The notes: generated by a model not told the origin, from the sequence alone. A stretch of 64,000 nt of DNA from Leucoraja erinacea (GCF_028641065.1 NC_073397.1:32922001-32986000); one strand, 5' to 3'. Shown: positions 35,061-48,800, counted from the stretch's first letter. Translations and numbers: made by a program.

Positions 35061-36329
35061 CAAAGACATTGGTTAAATCTGGCACCTTTTTGTGTACAAA
35101 CTGACCCGAGTTTACTTTTCCAGGTGTGAAGAGCGAGGAATAGCTGCAGATCCAGGTAGGTGTTGGTACTTTTTTGGGGGTGGGGAGATGGGTTCCTTAT
35201 TTCGAGCTCTCATCACTTATTCCAACCAGGCAATTATCTCCACTTTACTAGTAGTTCACAATTTTGTTGTTTTATTGTCCAATTATAAATATTATTTTGA
35301 AATTCTAGTGATAAATAAATTGTGTATTTCCTTCCACTACCGTATGGCCTGCTCTACTTCTCCAGTAATTCATTTTTTGAGCATGTCACGAGTAGACACC
35401 ATTTTAGTGATTACATGATACTTCTTTCCCAAGTCCAAAGTTTAAGAGGAGATCGACAGAATTGTAATACAGACAACATGTTGATAGCTATTTGAGATAG
35501 TCACCAATTATCTGAAGGTGGGTCCTGACCTGAAGCGTCGCCTCTCCATATTCTCCAAGGATCCTGCCTGTCTCGCTGAGTTACTCCAGCTCCTTGTGTC
35601 CTGGAAATGCCTCAAATGGTTTAAAGGCCATGGTTTGAGTTGCTGCATGATTTTGATATATTGGTCTGAGATTCAGGAATGTTTGCGGGGTGCATGATGG
35701 GGTACCAGACACATCCAAGGTGAATGAGAGAACAGTGGTCCCCTTCTGTTGTTTTTGAATGATGACCATCAAATTGAATGACTATTCTAATTATCTGTGT
35801 ATTTTTGTTCTGAACCTTTTTCTTTTGTTTACAGAGTTGAAGCTTTCAAGAGACAATGAATTTGCGTTTGATCTCGCAAGATGTACATTTCAAATAAATG
35901 TTTTGCTTTCCTAAATTCTTTGAATATGACTTCAAATTATTGCTGGAGTGTCAAATGTCTGCATTTCAATTTACGTACTTGGTCATGCTTGCAAGTATGG
36001 CGAGGTACAGGCACCATGAACGTTTTACTTGCAGCAGTGTCACAGGCAGCCTTGGGCAATACATCCCACCCACTGTCTTGGATAATTTTTGTAAGCACAA
36101 CTGGAAAAGTAGTACAAAGTGGTGCACAGATGTCTGATGCTGAAATGGGGGATTGAGCAGGTCATAAGTGATGGGAGCAGAATTCAATTATGGCTGATCT
36201 ATCTCTCCCTCCTAACCCCATTCTCCTGCCTTCTCCCCATAACCCCTGACCAATAGCGTGTTCAAGAACCTGATGTAGGAATGTAGATATTCATGGTGTG
36301 TGACTATGGGATTCTGCCACCTTGGTGAC

Positions 36330-36625
36330 AATTTAGAGATACAGTGCGGAAACCGGCCCACCGGGTCTGCGCCGACCAGCGATCCCCGCACATTAACACC
36401 ATCCTACACCCACTCGGGACAATTTTTACATTTACCAAGCCAATTAATCTACAAACCTGTACGAATCTAGAATGTAGGAGGAAACCAAAGATCTCGGAGA
36501 TAACCCACGTTATCCACAGGGAGAACGTACAAACTCCGTACAGACAGCACCCGTAGCCTGGATCGAACCCGGTTCTCTGGCGCTGCATTCACTGTGAGGC
36601 AGCAACTCTACCGCTGCGCCACCAT
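36330..36625 (-). mobile_element. HE1-like SINE
   Basis: Reverse complement of the SINE consensus seen elsewhere in the window. Confidence 0.75.
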
Positions 36626-36629
36626 AACC

Positions 36630-36965
36630 ACCCGGTTGGTGTGGCCTGGATGGGTAGAGCTCCTTTGATACATGTCACTGCTTTGAGACAGTGCTTCATG
36701 TAATGCTTTGCCCCTCATGCCATGGACTGAGGCCACTACTTTCTGGAGCCTCTTGCGTTCCTGTCATTGGAATTGCTGCAACAAGCTGTGATGCAAACGT
36801 CAGGTTGCTTCCCTCTGCATCCGTAGAAGTTTGTAGAGTATTCGATGAATTCCAAGACAGTAGCAGTGCAGTCACTGTCTTTGAATACATCGATGTACTG
36901 GACCCAGGAACGGTCATCTGTGATGTTAATACCCAGGCACTTGAGATTGCAAACTACTGCTGGCC
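36630..36965 (-). mobile_element. Rex1/Babar-like LINE RT remnant
   Basis: KCLGINITDDRSW and TLQTSTDAEGSNLT (degenerate NFYRCTIESILT motif). Confidence 0.55.
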
Positions 36966-39900
36966 CACAAATGAGAATGGGCAGGTAAGACACAAAAAGC
37001 TGGAGTGACTCAGCAGGACAGGCAGCATCTGGAGAGAAGGAATGGGTGTCGTTTTGGGTCGAGGCCCTTCAACCTGAAAATGGGCAGGTGGTCTATCGGC
37101 TTCCGTTTCCCCATTCCTGTATTCCAGGCATTTTAAAAATTGACGACAACTCTAATATAACTGACTAGGTTAGGTGAAGACTGATTGTCGTGTAAGGAGG
37201 GTTCACACCACTGAAGGAAAGGGTTAGAGGGGAGTGAAAAGCTACTGGGGATAATTGTCGATTGGGTAAAGTTCATGTATGTAGACAAAAGTGAAAAATA
37301 CATGTTTTGACACAACTTCAGCTTGTTTTATTTCCTCCCTGTGATAAATTCCAGCCGGAATATAGCCAGCAAGTGTATGGTGGAAGTCACGGACAGATGA
37401 GCAACGATGCACCCGCCTCCTGTGTTCCTCCCTCCTGTTGCAAGGTGCCGTAGAAAGCCCTGAGACGGTTTCATTCGAATACTTCACTTTCTTCCTGCCC
37501 CATCTTCCCAACCTTGCTTCCCCCTTCAAGCTTTCATGCATATTTGAAGGCAATAGCACTACTTTTTACTTTGTGATAGGCTAAAGTTTCCACACAGCTT
37601 TCAGGTTTAAGAATTATTGGCTTTCTTTTACTTGTGCCAATAGCACCACCCTGTGGTTATCTGATCGAACACGGTGTGCAGTGGTGCCCTGGTGGTGCAT
37701 CGTCTTCACTTAATGGAACAACCCCTCGCTGTCAAGTCTGATAGTTGCTCACGATAGCTGCCCCTGGTTAAAATTTCACACGCATACATCATCCTCTCTG
37801 AATGAGTGGATGTCATTTATCCTCTATCTCAGGACTGCTAGTAAAAAATAATACCTAGCTGAGGGATTGTATTGTGTATTTGGATCTGCAAGCCTTTAAG
37901 AAGGTGCCAGCTGAGGTTAATTTAGGTTACTGGGGTAGATGGGGATTGGGTACATTAAATAACTCGACAGCCATAAGGCGGCCAGAATCAATAGAAGGCC
38001 GTGATCACTGAAGGACCGCAGATGCCGGTTTAAACTGATGATAGACACAAAAAGCTACAGTGACTCGGTGAGGCAGGCAGCATCTGGAGAGAAGGAAAGG
38101 GTGATGTTTCGGGTCGAGACCCTTCTTCAGACGTGATCACTAGTATCCTGCTGTGTTAGCATGTTGGATGAAAGCATTGAGCTTGCTGATGGATTTATGG
38201 GGCTATGAAGAGGATGCAGAAGATTGCAAGATTTGAAAACAAGAACGAAGATGAAACTATCGGGATCGGGTTGGATTCCATCTGGAATATCGCCCAGTTC
38301 TGGCCTTCCTACCCAAGGAGAGAGACGCGGTGGGGAGTGCAGAGAAGCACTTTGGGTTAGTCAAGGGAGATGGTCAAGATGGTCATTGAAGTAAGAACAC
38401 TTATTTTGACATGATAGACATTGAGTTGCTGTAGATGTCTGAGGTAACTCAGCGGGTCAGGCAGCATCTCTGGTGAAAAGGGACCCCTGAAAACATCGCC
38501 TATCCTTTTTCTCCACAGATGCTGCCGTACCCGATTTGTTACTCTAGCACTTTGTCTATCTTTGGTATGAACCAGCATCTGCAGTTCCTTTCTACACATT
38601 GAGTTAATGTGTCCCATCTTGGGTTCCCCCCAATAAGTATTTTATGCTGGTTAGATAAGATTTTTTTCCCCTAAATACTGTAAATCTCGAGTTCATTGCT
38701 CGTTAAGACTGGAAGTTCATTGACCAATAGTAACTGTTTAAGAAGGAACTGCAGATACTGGAAAATCAAAGGTAGACAAAAATGCTGGAGAAACTCAGCG
38801 GGTGCAGCAGCATCTATGGAGCGAAGGAGATAGGCAACGTTTCGGCCCGAAACCCAAGCTTGCAGATCCAAATACACAATACAATCCCTCCTTCGCTCCA
38901 TAGATGCTGCTGCACCCGTTGAGTTTCTCCGACATTTTTGTGTACATCCAATAGTACCATTTTGGCTTATTATGGGAATCGGGGGACTTATGCTGGTGCA
39001 TAAATGTAACACAAGGCAAAAGGCCATTCATGAGAGGATAAATGACTTGTATTGTGTCAATGAATAATTAGATGAGATCATAAAAAAAATGACTTGAATG
39101 CAAGCATGTGTTTGAAGAAATGGAGAATAGTTTACGGGAAATGTGCGCCCAAATATTATCGAGGTATTAAAGGACAAACATCTGGCTGACGTTACGTGCG
39201 ACTTTGTATTTTTATAGATCACTGAAAATACCTCGAAATTGCATTGGTGGGTTGGCACGGAAATTAGTGATGTAATCCTCTCTCACCATACTCAAAAATA
39301 ACTGAAGAGATCTTTAGCTTCCAGAGAGACTGGAATAGGAATATTTGCTTATTGTTGCAAACCTATAGCTGCAGTGTAGAGCTGAATTAGCAAGCTCCCA
39401 GCATTAAGTAGCCACTCATTGTCTAACCCCCCCCCCCTCCCCTTATTTGCAACAGAAACATCTACATGGATTAAACCAAAAGACATACAAATCTTCATTC
39501 TTGGTATTAACAACTGAAAATAAAGACCAACATTTTATTTGGTGATGGAAGTGCATAGATTTTTTTAAACCATTTCATGCACATCTCATTGTGAGTTTAA
39601 TAATGCATTGAATGCAAAGTAACCCTATGGGATGTAGGAGACCGATCTTAACGTAAATGTTGAAGTGAGAGTACAAATGTGGCAGAAAGCTCTTAGAATA
39701 CGATTAAAGTCGGTCAAATTTCTGCAAATTTGGCTTGTATTTAAAAGTTTAGAATAATGGATAATCTGATGACTAAAATGAAAAGGGATTCAGTACGGTT
39801 CTGAGAATTCCTCACTTTTGGAAAATCAAGAATAGCATCTTAAATTCAGCAAATGCCATTTTAGATGAAATCGCAATAGCACTTTCGAATAGATGTCTAG

Positions 39901-42304
39901 AGCTGCTTCACTATCCCAAAAGGCTTTGGACTTTGGTTGTTATATTTCTGCAGTCAAGGCTTATGGATTATTTTTGGACATAGATATAAAGGATGATGTC
40001 CAATATTGGTAAATGGGTGACCACCAGGAGGCAGTATAGCAGCTCTAATGCAAAGGCATTGAAAGAGAATGAAAAAGCTTTTCCACATTTGCTTCTGGTA
40101 TATTTGCTACCTTAACTGTCAATTTATTTTAATTTACCACATCCAAGCTATTCATGGAGATGTAGAAACAAGGAACTGAAGATGCTGGTTTATACCAAAG
40201 TGCTGGAGTAACCTAGTGGGTCAGGCACCATCTCTGGGGGGAAAAAGGATGGATGACTTTTCTGAAGACTGAAGAACATCATATTTCTCCACAGATGCTG
40301 CCTGACCCGTTAAATTACTCCAGTGTTTTTGTCTTATCTGTTCAGGGAGATGGATGAATCTCAAAATCTCTGCTGAATTGGAATAGTTACTGCTGTCCAT
40401 GTAATTGAATCTGCTCATTCCATGTCTCATTCTCAAGTCATAAGGGTCCTGACGGTCATAAGGTAATTATCCACTGCCCACTCCCTCCACGGATGCTGCC
40501 TGACCCACGGAGTTACTTCAGCATTTAGTGTTTTGCTCAAGATACCAGCATCTGCAGCTTTGTGTTCTATCAACCACGTGTGCCAACTCCAATGCTTTTA
40601 CCCCACACATGAAAAACCTAACATTAACAAGTTATTATTCATAGGCGTGCCACGACAATGTTACTTTCTACAAATGGGAAGGTTTGGTCAAAACTGCTAG
40701 TATAAATTCCACATTCCCATGTTTGACAATAGGTGCAGGAGTAGGCCATTTGGCCCTTCGAGCCAGCATCACCATGCAATGTGATCATGGCTAATCATCC
40801 CCAATCCTGCCTTCCCCCCATATCCCCAGACTCCGCTATCTTTAAGAGCCCTATCTAGCTCTCTCTGGAAAGTATTCCAGAGAACCGGCCTCCACTGGTA
40901 GAGAATTCCACACTCGCAGGGAGACAGCATGAAAACAGGCCCTTCGGCCCACAGAGTCCACAGCAACCATTGATCACCCATTCACATTACTCTGTCATCC
41001 CACTTTTGCGTCCACTCCCTACACGCTAGGGGCAAATTAACCTACAAACCCGCACGTCTTTGGGTGTTGCAGGAAAAGGGGAGAACATGCAAACTCCACA
41101 CTGGCAGCTCCTGAGGTCGGGATGGAAACTGGCTCTCTGATGCTGTGAGGCAGCAGCTGTGCCAATGTACTGCTTTTAATTCATTCTTAAAAATACATTT
41201 CAACGATAACATCTATTCAGAATAAATGTTTTTAAAAAACTGCTAGAAACTGCATTTAATAGTGTGGTACTCAGTAATGTTTATACTTAAAGGTCTATCA
41301 GAATAATAAAAATCTTAAACACCCTTGCTACTGTGGTGATATCCTTTCCCTTGTTTGATGGTAGTCTACACTGGACCCTGCCCCCCCCCAATGTCCAGCA
41401 ACAGAAGGACCCTGGACTGTGGTCCAGCCCCACGGAGCCTTGGTGTTGGCTGCCCCGAGCTTCAGTGCGTCCCTCAGCACGTACTCCCGCAGTCTGGAGC
41501 GGGCCAGTTCTTTTACATTTGCTTATTGGCTTTCCACAGCGATGCTTGAAAGGGCTTTCAAAGGCAGTGTACTTGTGTCAAAGGGGATCACTGTAAATTT
41601 AAGGTGACATTTATAGTTCTCACAATGAGCTTTGCTGCGCGGAATTCCAGTCTTTTTAAATATTTATCAATGGCGGAGGACAAACAAGTGTTGTCTCGTG
41701 TGCTTAACTTTCTGATCAGATGAGAAATACTCGGGTCAGTCTGTTTGCCAAGTGCCAGACTTCAGAGCAAAATGACTGAGCACCTTTCTGGGCTGATGGT
41801 GTTTCACTGTGTTTAGTTTGAGCCAATTCCTTTCAAGCTGTGGGAAAGATTCTGTTGTTAACTAAAGAGAATTGGGTCTGTTCACCCCGGGTATTGTTGT
41901 GTAGCAATTAAGCTCATTTTCGACATAACTGATCGCTATTTTTCCGCCCACAAAAATCAGTAGTGAGTTGGCAGATAAGTTTGTCCATCGTAAATTGCCC
42001 CTTGTGTGCAGGGGATTGGGTGGAACATGGGTGAGGGCCAGGGGGGGAGTTGATGGGAATGTAATATAATGTGGAAACAAGAAAAAGGCAGGTGCTGGTT
42101 TACAAAAACACTGATACAAAGTGCTGGAGTAACTCAGCAAGTCAGGCAGCATCTCTGGAGAGCATGGATAGAGTCGTATGTCCCAGATAGAACAATGAAA
42201 TTCTTACTTGCAGCAGCTCAACCGAATATGTAAACGTAATTCACTGCAAACAATATAATATATGAGAAAATAAAACGGGTTAGTGTGAGGATTGTACTTA
42301 TATT

Positions 42305-42726
42305 CGGCTTGTACTCGCTAGAATTTAGAAGATTGAGGGGGGATCTTATAGAAACTTACAAAATTCTTAAGGGGTTGGACAGGCTAGATGCGGGAAGATT
42401 GTTCCCGATGTTGGGGAAGTCCAGAACAAGGGGTCATAGTTTAAGGATAAGGGGGAAATCTTTTAGGACAGAGATAAAAAAAACATTTTTCACACACAGA
42501 GTGGTGAATCTGTGGAATTCTCTGCCACAGAAGGTAGTTGAGGCCAGTTCATTGGCTATATTTAAGAGGGAGTTAGATGTGGCCCTTGTGGCTAAAGGGA
42601 TCAGGGGGTATGGAGCGAAGGCAGGGATGGGATACTGAGTTGGATGATCAGCCATGATTATATTGAATGGCGGTGCAGGCTCGAAGGGCCGAATGGCCTA
42701 CTCCTGCACCTATTTTCTATGTTTCT
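42305..42726 (+). mobile_element. CR1 LINE 3' fragment (young subfamily)
   Basis: GLYSLEFRRLRGDLIETYKILKGLDRLDAGRLFPMLGKSRTRGHSL...; near-identical to 5843-6086 and 45233-45580. Confidence 0.9.
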
Positions 42727-45232
42727 AATAGGGAAAATGGACGTTTGATAGTCTGTTGGACTGTGGGTTGATGTACCTATTTCTGCGTTTTGTGTAGTTT
42801 AGAAATACAGTTTGGATACCGGCCCTACGGTTTACCGAGTCTGCGCTGGCCATTGATCCACCGCACACTAGATCTGTTATCCTGGTTTCACACCTCACAC
42901 CCAGGAGCAATTTGCAGAAGCCAATTAACTTCCCAACCTGCATGCCTTTTGAAATGTGGGAATAAGTTGGAGCACCCGGAGAAAACCCGTGCAGTCACGG
43001 GGAGAACGTGCAAACTCCGTACAGACAGCACCCGTGGTCAGGATCGAACCCGGGTCTCTGGCGCTGTAAGGCAGCAACTCTGTGCCATCCTTCCCCGAGC
43101 GTCTACAACATGCCATGGTGCAGAAGACTTTGGGTGCCTGAGATACCCGGAGTTACACCGCTAAACTCTACCGCTGTGCCAGCCAACACCAAAGGAGAAT
43201 ATTGCTGCTGTGGTATTAATGCAAAATTAGTTTATCTCACTGTCGGTGTTTGGGAAAAATGTAATAGCAGGCCAATTAATCAGAGTGGGGCTGGAACAGG
43301 GTGTTCCATCCACTGCTTTGAAACAATGGTCTATTTTCCACCATGGAATAGCTGCTTCCCTTCCGACGGGAAGGGAGGAGTTTTCAAAATAAATTATTTT
43401 TCTGCATAGCAATTTCTGGAATTTGGCAGCAAATTTTATGCACTGTTTTCTCCCAATAGGCAGAGGAATTAAAACAAAATACTAACGGGCAGAGCGTTGT
43501 GGTGAGAGGGGCACAGTTTAAAGGAGGTATATATGGGGCAAGTATTTTTAGATGGAGATGGTGGGTACTTGGAACGTATTGCTGGGGATGATGGTGGGGG
43601 TGGTTTAGATTTAAGGGGGGTGGGGTGGGGGGGGCGAGAAGGTGGTGGCTGGCAGTGGATAAGACTGTTCAGTACATTTCCGCAGGGCTCTGCTGGGGCC
43701 GCTACTCTTCACGTTTGCATTTTAATGATTTGGACGAGGGGATTGAAGGCTTTTGCAGATGGTTATATGAAAATGGGTGGTAGTGTAGAAGCAGGGACTC
43801 TGCAGAAGGACTTGGACAGAGTGGGCAGAGAAGTGGCAGACGGAATATAGTGTAGCAAAGTGTGGAGTCATGCATTTTGGTAGTAGGAATAAGGGCGCAG
43901 ACTATTTTCTAAATGGAGAGAGAATCCAGACTTCAGAAGTGCAGAGATATTTGGGAGTGCTGATGCAGGATTCCCAAAGAGTTAATTTGCAAGTTGAATC
44001 GGTAGTAAGGAAGGCAAACACAAGGGTAGCAAGAGGGCTAGAATCCCAAAACAGGGATGTAATGCTGCATTTGTATTGTGAGTAATTTTGGGCACCATAT
44101 CTGTCTTGGACCGGAGACCATTGCCGCTGAATTAAAGGATGCTCCTTTAGGAAGGAGATGAGGAGGAATTTCTTTAGTCAGGGGGTGGTGAATCTGTGGT
44201 ATTATTTGCCACAGGAGGCTGTAGAGGCCAAGTCAGTGGATATTTTTAAGGACAAGATAGATTCTTGATTAGTATGGGTGTAAGGGGTTATGGGGAGAAT
44301 GGAGTTAGGAGGGAGAGATAGATCAGCCGTGATTGAATGGTGGAGTAGACTTGATGGGCCGAATGGTCTAATTCTACTCCTATCTCATGACTTTATTTGT
44401 AACTTTGCCAGTGTCAACTCTTGTGTACTGCCTAGATCGTTTGCGAAACAAAGTGTTTCACTGTACCTCGGTACATGTGACTATAAAGTATCATTCATTC
44501 ACATGGATATGCAGGGAATGGAAGGGTATAGATTAAGTGTAGGCAGATTGTCCATGTCCTGGTCCCAAGTCTCCATGTAACATAGACACAAAATGCTGAA
44601 CTAACTCAGCCCATGTGCTGGCAGAAGATTCTAGAATAAGATTGAAGGTTAGATACCTACAAAAGAACCAAAGCACGAGAATATCTTTAAATATAGAACA
44701 AAAAATTGCCGTGGGAAGAGGAGGAGGCAGATACACTGGTGACGGAAACTGGATAAAATTGCCCTTAATGTGTAATGAATGGAAGTTGGAATAACATACA
44801 ACTAGTGTGAGTGTGTGATGGATGGTCGGCATGGACCTGGTGGGCCGAAGGGCCTGTTTCCGTGCTGTATCTCTAAATAACTAAACTAAACTTCTATATT
44901 CCTTCTCCTAACAAACATCACTGAAATATTTGGCTGCTGCTGTTTTAAAGAGATTGTTAGTGCAGATTGGAAAGATGCCACAAATGCTTTCGCAATAATA
45001 GCCACTGAACTTTGGAAAGTAATTGATGGTGAATAGTTCTTTGAGGTTTTTTTTTTGGTTGCATGAAGTAAATTGTCGTTCTATTACTTTAGCACATGAT
45101 TGGATACAGACATTACTGCCCTCAACTGTCCTTCATTGTTCCAGCCATCAGTGACATAGTTTTGTTGACCATGGGGCAACAACACCAGCAAGTCAAGTCA
45201 AGAGAGTTTAAAAATACATAGAAACATAGAAA

Positions 45233-45580
45233 CATAGAAATTAGGTGCAGGAGTAGGCCATTCGGCCCTTTGAGCCTGCACCGCCATTCAATATGATCAT
45301 GGCTGATCATCCAACTCAGTATCCCGTACCTGCCTTCTCTCCATACCCCCTGATCCCCTTAGCCACAAGGGCCACATCTAACTCCCTCTTAAATATAGCC
45401 AATGAACTGGCCTCAACTACCCTCTGTGGCAGAGAGTTCCAGAGATTCACCACTCTCTGTGTGAAACAAGTTCTTCTCATCTCGGTTTTAAAGGATTTCC
45501 CCTTTATCCTTAAGCTGTGACCCCTTGTCCTGGACTTCCCTAACATCGGGAACAATCTTCCTGCATCTAGCCTGTCCAAC
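45233..45580 (-). mobile_element. CR1 LINE 3' fragment
   Basis: DRLDAGRLFPMLGKSRTRGHSL...; (TTTCTATG)n tail. Confidence 0.9.
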
Positions 45581-46444
45581 CCCTACAGAACAGTTCAGTG
45601 TGTCCATATAGCATAGTTGGCCCCTCTCGGTCATGACTGACCATGGGTGATGCCTCCTGGTCGGATGCAAGCCTGGGCGATTTATCTCTGAACTAAACTA
45701 AACACTGATGCTGGAAATCCTTACAATAACCCTTTGGTCATAGATTAAAACAGCATGGAAGCAGGCCCTTCAGCCCAACTTGCTTATGCTGACCACGCAT
45801 TGTGGTCCCACCTGCTCGGGAGCTCCCCGACCAGCGACCATCACCTACACTAGATGCATCTAACACACTAGGGACAATTATACCAAAGGCAATTAACATA
45901 CAAACGTGTAGATCTTTGGGATGTGGAGGAAACCAAAGCACCCGAAGAAAACCCACAAGGTCACGGAGAGAATGTACAGGCAGCACCCGTAGTCGGGATC
46001 GAACCCGGGTCTCTGGAGCTGTAAGGCAACAACTCTACTGCTGCTCTGTGGTATGCATGAGTTGGGCTGAAGGTCCTGTTTCCTTGCTGTAAAGCTCTGT
46101 AGCTGCAAACACACATTGGCATGGAACACTCAATATGTTTCGACAGATTACTACCATTCCCTGCACAAAAAGGCAAATATGATTTTATGGCTTTCTGTGC
46201 AATGCAGGCGTTAGATTTGAAGCTGATTTTACAACATCCATTAAAGTGCAGTCTCTTTGATGTTAGGAATCATCGACATTAATTAAAACTTACTCCACCC
46301 CAAGTCGGCAAAAATGAAACATTATTATAGGCTGGCGCTCAGCTGCTCTCAGATCTATATTCATGGCTCAGTCGATAAAACTTCCATAAGTCTATAAAAC
46401 TTCCCAGCAGAGCTTTGGCCATGAAACACATCAACAGACTGGCG

Positions 46445-46730
46445 ACACGGTAGAGTTGCTGCCTTACAGCGCCAGAGACCCGGGTTCGATCCCGACTTCG
46501 GGTGCTGTCTGTACGGAGTTTGCACGTTCCCCACGTGACCTGCGCGGGTTTTCGCCGAGATCTTCAGTTTCCTCCCACACTCCAAAGACGTGCAGGTTTG
46601 TAGGTCAATTGGGTTGGTGTAGGTGTAAAATTATCCCTAGTGTGTGTGGGATAGTATTAGTTAGTGCGGGGATCTTGGGTCGGCGTGGGCCGAAGGGCCT
46701 GTTTCCGCGCTTCATCTCTAAACTAAACTA
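46445..46730 (+). mobile_element. HE1-like SINE
   Basis: GGTTCGATCCC B-box and CTAAACTAAAC tail. Confidence 0.75.
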
Positions 46731-47443
46731 CACACTGATGCTGGATATCCTTACAATAACCTTTTGGTTGTAGATTTATACAGCATGAAAACAGGCTCTT
46801 CAGCCCAACTTGCCCATGCTGACCATGTATGATGGCCCCACCTACCCAGGTTTGGCCCATATCCCTGTGGACGTTGCCTATCCATGTATCTGTGCTAGTG
46901 TTTTATTGCCAGGTGTATTTTTTGTTCCTCCAGGGTTGTTGCCTCATTGACAGATTATGATTCTGCTGGATTATGATTGTGATACCGTTAAAGTCTAAAG
47001 GGCCTGTGAGCTCTATACCAGGGTCCATAATGTAACTTGTGATACAAGGCCATAGGAATGATTATTCTTGTAGAACCAAGCTGCTGGTGTCCATTTGGAG
47101 GGGGGAGGGGGGGGGGTGAGTTTCTATCTGTTATGATGTCTTAAATTGGCGATCTTATCATTTATTTATTTTATTTCCTGATTTGATTCTCAAGGGTCAC
47201 ATTGTGTGGACAATCTCAGGAAGCCCAGCGGCCTTGCTCAGCGCTCAGCGATGCACACACACTCCTGGCTGGAGAAAGCCAAGTGCAAACAAAAAAATAT
47301 TATTGGGAATTGTGCAAAGGTGTTGAAAAACATAATATCATAGGAGCCGATTCAGGCCATTCGGCCCATCAAGTCTGCACCGCTGTTCGATCATGGTTTA
47401 TCGATCATTCCCTCTCTCCCTGTAACCTTTGATGTTCTGACTA

Positions 47444-47940
47444 ATTGAAGGAGTGCAGCGTAGGTTTACAAGGTTAATTCCCAGGATGGCGTGACTGTCA
47501 TATGCTGAGAGAATGGAGCGGCTGGGATTGTACACTCTGGAGTTTAGAAGGATGAGAGGGCATCTCATTGAAACATATAAGACTGTTAAGGGCTTGGACA
47601 CGCTAGAGGCAGGAAACATGATCCCGATGTCGGGGGAGTCCAGAACCAGGGGCCACAGTTTAAGAATAAGGGGTAAGTCATTTAGAACGGAGACGAGGAA
47701 ACACTTTTTCTCACAGAAAGTGGTGAGTCTGTGGAATTCTCTGCCTCAAAGGGCGGTGGAGGCCGGTTCTCTGGATACTTTCACGAGAGAGCTAGATAGG
47801 GCTCTTAAAGATAGTGGAGTCAGGGGATATGGGGAGAAGGCAGGAACGGGGTACTGATTGGGGATGATCAGCTATGATCACATTGAATGGCGGTGCTGGC
47901 TCGAAGGGCCAAATGGCCTACTCCTACACCTATTGTCTAT
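47444..47940 (+). mobile_element. CR1 LINE 3' fragment
   Basis: ERMERLGLYTLEFRRMRGHLIETYK...GVRGYGEKAGTGY. Confidence 0.9.
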
Positions 47941-48164
47941 AATCAAGAGCATATTGGGCCAGCAGCAGTAGAGCTGCTGCCTCACAGCGCCTGACACCCA
48001 GGTTCGATCCTGACTACGGGTGCTGTCTGTACATTCTCCCCGTGACCGTGTGGGTTTTGTCCGGGAGCTCTGGTTTCCTCTCACAATCAAAGGACAGTCA
48101 GGTTTGTAGGTTAATTAGCTTCTGTAAATTGGCCTTAGTGTGTAGGAAAGAACTAATGCGGACA

Positions 48165-48800
48165 CGGTGGGTGGAGAAGGCTGACCCGGTGGTGGTCAAG
48201 AAGGCTCACCAGCGTCTCTTCTTCCTGAGGAGACTGAAGAAGGTCCACCTGTCTCCTCAGATTCTGGTGAACTTCTACCGCTGCACCATCGAGAGCATCC
48301 TTACCAACTGTATCACAGGATGGTGTGGCAACTGCTCTGTCTCCGACCGGAAACCACTCCAGAGGGTGGTGAAAACTGCCCAACGTATCCTCACTCCCCT
48401 GCATTGAGTCTGTCCAGAGCAAGCGATGTCTGTGAAGGGCGCGCAGCATCGGCAAGGGCTGCTCTCACCCCAACCACAGACTGTTTACCCTCCTCCCATC
48501 TGGGAGGCGCTACAGGTCTCTCTGTTGCCGGACCAGCAGTTTCAGGAACAGCTTCTTCCTCGAAGTTGTTACCCTACTTAACTCTGCACCTTGGTAATTG
48601 CCAGTTCTCCCCCCCCCCCGAAATTTACACTACTGCTACTGTATATACATATATATATTTTACTGTCCCATTATTCACTGTTCTGGGTGAGTTGCCAACG
48701 CACTTCTGGGTGAAATGCCAACTGCATTTTGTTGTCTCTGTACTTGTACACTGCACAATGGCAATAGAGTTTGAATCTGAATCAGAATCTGAATCTGAAG
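48165..48800 (+). mobile_element. Rex1/Babar (L2-group) LINE 3' fragment inserted into a SINE
   Basis: VVKKAHQRLFFLRRLKK...NFYRCTIESILTNCITGW; (GAATCT)n tail; SINE halves on both sides. Confidence 0.8.

Larger units (their letters stand above)
19096..35200 (+). repeat. Tandem segmental duplication, ~3 kb units
   Basis: snoRNA-to-snoRNA spacings of 3023, 3046, 3023, 3315, 2469 and 776 bp; the same ORF-track peptides recur in each unit. Confidence 0.95.
18101..35920 (+). ncRNA. ZFAS1-like non-coding snoRNA host gene, tandemly amplified
   Basis: Short non-coding exons (e.g. 22257-22309 and 22495-22526; 25303-25355 and 25541-25575; 34886-34938 and 35124-35155) with canonical AG/GT sites flank each snoRNA intron; putative terminal exon from 35835 with AATAAA at 35893. 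Confidence 0.7.
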
